Positions 59,108 through 64,000 of a DNA stretch of 64,000 bases are shown in pieces. The stretch comes from Escherichia phage LH2: the sequence record OQ378934.1; one strand, given 5' to 3'. The notes under the pieces are model-generated. The model was not told the origin of the DNA and made no database searches. It worked only from the letters and a program-made list of their open reading frames with translations. The translations under genes and the position numbers were made by a program. Numbering within the stretch: position 1 is the first letter of the stretch; every line of letters starts with the position of its first letter.

Positions 59108-61372
59108 ATGCAATTAATTAATGTTATCAAAAGTAGTGGTGTTTCTCAGAGCTTTGATCCACAAAAAATTATTAAAGTTTTATCTTGGGCAGCTGAAGGA
59201 ACATCTGTAGATCCTTATGAATTATATGAAAATATTAAATCATATCTCCGTGATGGAATGACCACTGATGACATTCAAACCATTGTAATTAAGGCTGCTG
59301 CGAATTCTATTTCAGTTGAAGAGCCTGATTATCAATACGTAGCTGCACGCTGTTTAATGTTTGCTCTTCGTAAGCATGTTTACGGGCAATATGAACCACG
59401 TTCATTTATTGACCATATTTCTTACTGCGTAAATGAAGGTAAATACGACCCTGAATTGTTGTCAAAATATTCTGCAGAAGAAATTACATTTTTAGAATCA
59501 AAAATTAAGCACGAGCGGGATATGGAATTTACTTATTCCGGGGCGATGCAATTAAAAGAAAAATATCTCGTTAAAGATAAAACCACTGGTCAAATTTATG
59601 AAACTCCACAGTTTGCATTTATGACTATTGGAATGGCATTGCATCAAGATGAACCTGTTGATAGACTAAAACACGTTATTCGTTTTTATGAAGCAGTATC
59701 TACTCGACAGATTTCATTACCAACTCCTATTATGGCTGGTTGCCGTACTCCAACTCGGCAGTTTAGTTCATGCGTTGTTATCGAGGCGGGTGATTCGCTG
59801 AAGTCTATCAACAAGGCTTCCGCTTCAATTGTTGAATATATCTCCAAACGCGCTGGAATTGGTATTAACGTTGGTATGATTCGTGCTGAAGGTTCTAAGA
59901 TTGGCACAGGTGAAGTACGTCATACTGGTGTTATTCCTTTTTGGAAACATTTTCAGACTGCTGTTAAATCATGCTCACAGGGTGGAATTCGTGGCGGCGC
60001 TGCTACTGCTTATTATCCTATTTGGCATTTGGAAGTTGAAAATCTTCTCGTTTTGAAAAATAACAAAGGTGTAGAAGAAAACCGTATCCGTCATATGGAT
60101 TATGGTGTTCAGCTGAATGACCTAATGATGGAACGATTCGGAAAGAACGATTACATTACTTTGTTTAGTCCGCATGAAATGGGTGGCGAGCTTTATTATT
60201 CTTATTTTAAAGACCAAGACCGTTTCCGCGAATTATACGAAGCAGCAGAAAAAGACCCTAATATTCGCAAAAAGCGTATTAAAGCCCGTGAACTATTTGA
60301 ATTACTCATGACTGAACGATCAGGAACAGCAAGGATTTATGTACAGTTCATTGATAATACGAATAACTATACTCCATTTATTCGTGAAAAGGCACCTATT
60401 CGTCAGAGTAACTTGTGTTGTGAAATTGCTATTCCAACAAATGATGTGAATAGTCCTGATGCTGAAATCGGATTGTGTACCCTTAGCGCATTTGTGTTGG
60501 ATAACTTCGATTGGCAAGACCAAGATAAAATTAATGAATTGGCAGAAGTCCAAGTTCGCGCTCTTGATAATCTTTTGGATTACCAAGGATATCCAGTTCC
60601 TGAAGCAGAAAAAGCTAAAAAGCGTCGAAATCTTGGTGTAGGTGTTACTAACTATGCAGCTTGGCTGGCAAGCAACTTTGCTTCTTATGAAGATGCTAAC
60701 GATTTAACACATGAACTATTTGAGAGACTACAGTATGGACTCATTAAAGCATCCATTAAGCTCGCCAAAGAAAAAGGACCTTGCGAATATTATTCAGACA
60801 CTCGTTGGTCTCGAGGCGAATTACCTATCGACTGGTACAATAAAAAGATTGACCAAATCGCAGCTCCAAAATACGTTTGTGACTGGTCGGCGCTGCGGGA
60901 AGACCTTAAGCTCTTTGGCATCCGTAATAGCACATTATCAGCACTTATGCCATGTGAGTCATCTTCCCAAGTTTCTAACAGTACAAACGGTATCGAGCCT
61001 CCACGTGGACCAGTCTCTGTTAAAGAGTCAAAAGAGGGTTCCTTTAATCAAGTCGTGCCCAATATTGAACATAACATAGACCTCTATGATTATACGTGGA
61101 AATTAGCTAAGAAAGGTAATAAACCTTATCTTACGCAGGTAGCTATTATGCTGAAATGGGTATGTCAATCAGCTTCAGCGAATACATATTATGACCCGCA
61201 GATTTTTCCAAAAGGAAAGGTTCCAATGTCTGTAATGATTGATGACATGCTATACGGATGGTATTATGGCATTAAAAACTTCTATTATCATAATACCCGC
61301 GATGGTTCTGGTACTGATGATTATGAAATAGAAACTCCAAAAGCTGAAGATTGTTCATCCTGTAAATTATGA
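59108..61372 (+). CDS. nrdA: ribonucleotide reductase large subunit NrdA
   Basis: ATG 59108; 754 aa; ATP-cone N-terminus; recognised as T4 NrdA. Confidence 0.95.
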   Translation: MQLINVIKSSGVSQSFDPQKIIKVLSWAAEGTSVDPYELYENIKSYLRDGMTTDDIQTIVIKAAANSISVEEPDYQYVAARCLMFALRKHVYGQYEPRSFIDHISYCVNEGKYDPELLSKYSAEEITFLESKIKHERDMEFTYSGAMQLKEKYLVKDKTTGQIYETPQFAFMTIGMALHQDEPVDRLKHVIRFYEAVSTRQISLPTPIMAGCRTPTRQFSSCVVIEAGDSLKSINKASASIVEYISKRAGIGINVGMIRAEGSKIGTGEVRHTGVIPFWKHFQTAVKSCSQGGIRGGAATAYYPIWHLEVENLLVLKNNKGVEENRIRHMDYGVQLNDLMMERFGKNDYITLFSPHEMGGELYYSYFKDQDRFRELYEAAEKDPNIRKKRIKARELFELLMTERSGTARIYVQFIDNTNNYTPFIREKAPIRQSNLCCEIAIPTNDVNSPDAEIGLCTLSAFVLDNFDWQDQDKINELAEVQVRALDNLLDYQGYPVPEAEKAKKRRNLGVGVTNYAAWLASNFASYEDANDLTHELFERLQYGLIKASIKLAKEKGPCEYYSDTRWSRGELPIDWYNKKIDQIAAPKYVCDWSALREDLKLFGIRNSTLSALMPCESSSQVSNSTNGIEPPRGPVSVKESKEGSFNQVVPNIEHNIDLYDYTWKLAKKGNKPYLTQVAIMLKWVCQSASANTYYDPQIFPKGKVPMSVMIDDMLYGWYYGIKNFYYHNTRDGSGTDDYEIETPKAEDCSSCKL

Positions 61373-61388
61373 TATAATTACCACAAGG

Positions 61389-62981
61389 ATGTGGTTAACT
61401 AAGAATAACGCTATGTTTGATAATATATACAAAAACGGAAAGTTTCTTCCATTTGGAGAAGAAAAACTTAAATCTAGACTAACAGAAGAAGATAAAGCTC
61501 TTCTAACTGATGGAATAGATTTTAAGCTCAATGTGTTCCAAATTATGGAAGGCATTGACATTAACGATCTAAAATGTGCAGTTTGTGGAAATTTCATTTC
61601 TCTGAAAACAGCAAAGAAACGTGTATTTCCAGCAACATGTAGTAAATCCTGCGCAGGGATATTTTTCGCGGATAAGAGAATTCAAAGCCGTGATACAAAT
61701 TTTGGCGGAAAAGAAAAATATAAAAAATATTTGTCTGAACTTCAACACAAAAATTCTTTAGAAAAATATGGAACAACTCATCAAAAAATTTCAAGAAATA
61801 AAAATAGAAAAACTTTAATTGAACGATATGGGGTAACGCATAATTCACAATTAGAAAGTGTGAAAGAAGCGAGAAAAGTTATAGAAAACGGTAAATCAGT
61901 TGATATTCTGCATTCTAGAAAATCTCGCGAAAAATCTAAGAAGACTAAATTAAATTGGACTAAAGAATATAAGGCATCGTTATATTCATCTATAGGAAAA
62001 TCTATTAAAAATAACGGTCATATTAATCATGATATACTAGATAAAATCAATTACAAAATTTCTATAGAAGAACTACAACAATTAGCAAATTGTTCTCGGA
62101 TGACGGCTTATAGAGCTCTTTCATCCAAAGGACTAATTGACGTTCATTATACTCAAAGTTCTATAGAGCAGTTCATTTTAGATCTAGGATTTGATTGCGT
62201 AGAAACTAGAAAAATTATTCCTCCGTATGAATTAGATATTTACATTCCTGAGAAAAAATTGGCTATAGAATACGATGGAATTTATTGGCATTCTAGCGGG
62301 TCAAAGGAAACAGATAAAATTAAAGAAACTTATCATTTGATGAAGACAGAGATGTGTGAAGCACAAGGAATTCAATTACTTCACATCTTCGAAAATGAAT
62401 GGATTGATGATACAAAAAGAGAGATCTGGAAATCCATTATAAAGCATAAATTAGGATTATCAGAAAGAATACCAGCCCGAAAATGCAAAGCACGGTTTGT
62501 TAATAAGGATGAGGCAAAAGAATTTATTAATAAGAATCATCTTCAAGGATTTTGCTCAGGAGCTCATACGTATAAAGGACTTTATTACAATAATGAGTTA
62601 GTTCAAATTATTTCTATCGGTAAATCTAGATATAGCTCAGGTGATGAACTTTTAAGGATGTGTTCAAAATTAGGGGTTTGTGTTGTAGGAGGAGCCTCAA
62701 AATTATTAAAAGGAATTAATTGTCTATCTTATGGCAATCGAAGATGGTGCAGTACATTATCAAATGTTTATGACTCTGTCATGGAATTTAGTCATATCTC
62801 TGAGCCATGTTATTGGTACGTCGATAAAGGAGAGGTATTTCACCGCTCAAGCTATATGAAACATAAGCTTAAAAACAAGCTTAAAAATTATGATGATACA
62901 ATAACTGAAGTAGAAAATTGTTATGCAAATGGTCTTAGAAGAATCTGGGACTGTGGAAATTTAGTTTACAGGACAAAATAA
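61389..62981 (+). CDS. multidomain nuclease-like protein (putative free-standing homing endonuclease)
   Basis: 530 aa; zinc ribbon CAVCGN...CSKSC, KYGTTHQ/RYGVTHN repeats, HTH-like stretch, Vsr/DUF559-like PYELDIYIPEKKLAIEYDGIYWHS; start may be ATG 61413. Confidence 0.55.
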   Translation: MWLTKNNAMFDNIYKNGKFLPFGEEKLKSRLTEEDKALLTDGIDFKLNVFQIMEGIDINDLKCAVCGNFISLKTAKKRVFPATCSKSCAGIFFADKRIQSRDTNFGGKEKYKKYLSELQHKNSLEKYGTTHQKISRNKNRKTLIERYGVTHNSQLESVKEARKVIENGKSVDILHSRKSREKSKKTKLNWTKEYKASLYSSIGKSIKNNGHINHDILDKINYKISIEELQQLANCSRMTAYRALSSKGLIDVHYTQSSIEQFILDLGFDCVETRKIIPPYELDIYIPEKKLAIEYDGIYWHSSGSKETDKIKETYHLMKTEMCEAQGIQLLHIFENEWIDDTKREIWKSIIKHKLGLSERIPARKCKARFVNKDEAKEFINKNHLQGFCSGAHTYKGLYYNNELVQIISIGKSRYSSGDELLRMCSKLGVCVVGGASKLLKGINCLSYGNRRWCSTLSNVYDSVMEFSHISEPCYWYVDKGEVFHRSSYMKHKLKNKLKNYDDTITEVENCYANGLRRIWDCGNLVYRTK

Positions 62982-63656
62982 TGAGTACAGTTTTTAATAC
63001 TAAACAGGTCGATGTTTTAAAAGAACCTATGTTTTTTGGTTCAGGTCTTGGTATTGCGCGTTATGATATTCAACGGCATCGAGTATTTGAAGAACTTATT
63101 GAACGTTCGCTCTCGTTTTTCTGGCGTCCGGAAGAAGTAAACTTGATGATGGATGCTGCACAGTTTAATAAGCTTCCTCAGTATCAACAAAATATTTTTA
63201 CTAATAATCTGAAGTATCAATCATTACTTGATAGTATTCAAGGTCGTGCGCCGTCTGCTGTACTTATGCCATTGCTTTCAGACCCAAGCCTTGATACATG
63301 GGTTGCTACATGGACTTTTAGTGAAACTATTCACAGTCGTTCATATACTCATATCATGCGAAATCTTTATACTGATCCGTCAAAGGTATTTGATGAGATT
63401 GTATTAGATGAAGCTATTATGAAACGCGCTGAATCCATTGGGCGTTATTATGATGATGTTCTGATTAAAACCCGTGAATGGGAAAATGCTAAAGAATTTG
63501 TAGAACTAGCTAAAGAATCTCCTGATGCCGACTTTCGTTTAAACCGAGCTATTAAACAAGAAGCCGAAGCTAAACGTGCTTTAATGAAATCTCTTTATCT
63601 CTGTTTGCACGTTATTAATGCCTTAGAAGCTATTCGTTTTTATGTATCTTTTGCGT
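62981..63656 (+). CDS. nrdB: ribonucleotide reductase small subunit NrdB, exon 1
   Basis: MSTVFNTKQVDVLKEP... to ...FYVSFA then in-frame stop where the intron begins; exact 3' boundary not verified. Confidence 0.8.
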
Positions 63657-64000
63657 AAAATGCGCCTTTAAACGGTAACGTTTATCGAAAACTCCTTTAA
63701 TTGCTGGAAAGTCCTTTATAGGAAAACTAGCAGCCAAGGTTTTGCTTGCACCTTTAATTAGTATAATATGATTATACTTTTAAGAGGATGCACAATTGAA
63801 CTATAGAAAAATTTGGATAGATGCTAACGGACCTACCTAAAGATTCTGATGGAAGACCATAAGAAAAGAACATCAGCAAAAACATTAGAAATGGTTAAGA
63901 ATGGGACCCATCCTGCACAAAAAGAAATCACATGTGATTTCTGCGGTCACATTGGTAAAGGTCCTGGATTTTATCTAAAACATAATGACAGATGTAAATT
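63657..64000 (+). mobile_element. nrdB group I intron, 5' part (runs off window)
   Basis: nrdB frame terminates mid-domain after FYVSFA; downstream holds HNH-like endonuclease coding remnants typical of the T4 nrdB intron. Confidence 0.55.
63796..64000 (+). pseudogene. I-TevIII-like HNH endonuclease ORF with frameshifts, partial
   Basis: LNYRKIWIDANGPT* in frame 1, PKDSDGRP* in frame 2, MEDHKKRTSAKT...CDFCGH in frame 3; N-terminus resembles the mob HNH genes in this window. Confidence 0.45.

Noticed and set aside
61375-61400. Promoter-like sequence ataattaccacaaggatgtggttaactaag upstream of the 530-aa ORF
   Set aside because: Resembles the spacer of the early promoters at 29065 and 33345 but lacks gtttac -35 and has gtggttaac instead of tggtataat; more likely a decayed remnant than an active promoter.

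Overview
This window is a near gene-saturated segment of a T4-like (T-even) myovirus genome; most proteins are recognisable from the translations as T4 gene products of matching length. The plus strand carries the early and middle genes in T4 order: 45 (5' partial), 44, 62, regA, 43, imm, 42, uvsX, 40, 41, dmd, sp, 61, 56, soc, mrh, modB, modA, srd, dda, dexA, 39, mobA, 60 (with the 50-nt translational bypass), rIIA, rIIB, denB, ndd, stp, 52, motA, asiA. The minus strand carries the late block t, 38, 37, 36, 35, 34, and the plus strand resumes with rnh, dsbA, 33, 59, 32, frd, td (1016-nt group I intron with I-TevI), nrdA and nrdB exon 1 with the start of its intron. No rRNA, tRNA or CRISPR array was seen. 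Departures from the T4 layout as I recall it are all cassette-like: a DxD glycosyltransferase-like ORF plus a GIY-YIG endonuclease where beta-gt sits; an HNH endonuclease plus an antisense membrane peptide where dam sits; a long T2-type gp37 with a glycine-rich gp38 adhesin; an antisense I-TevI paralogue between td and nrdA; and a 530-aa multidomain nuclease-like ORF between nrdA and nrdB. I found no evidence of a wholly new multi-gene system; the most novel candidates are single mobile-nuclease-type insertions. All family assignments are from reading the translations and recalled T4 biology, with no database search; coordinates of small ORFs and regulatory motifs were hand-counted.
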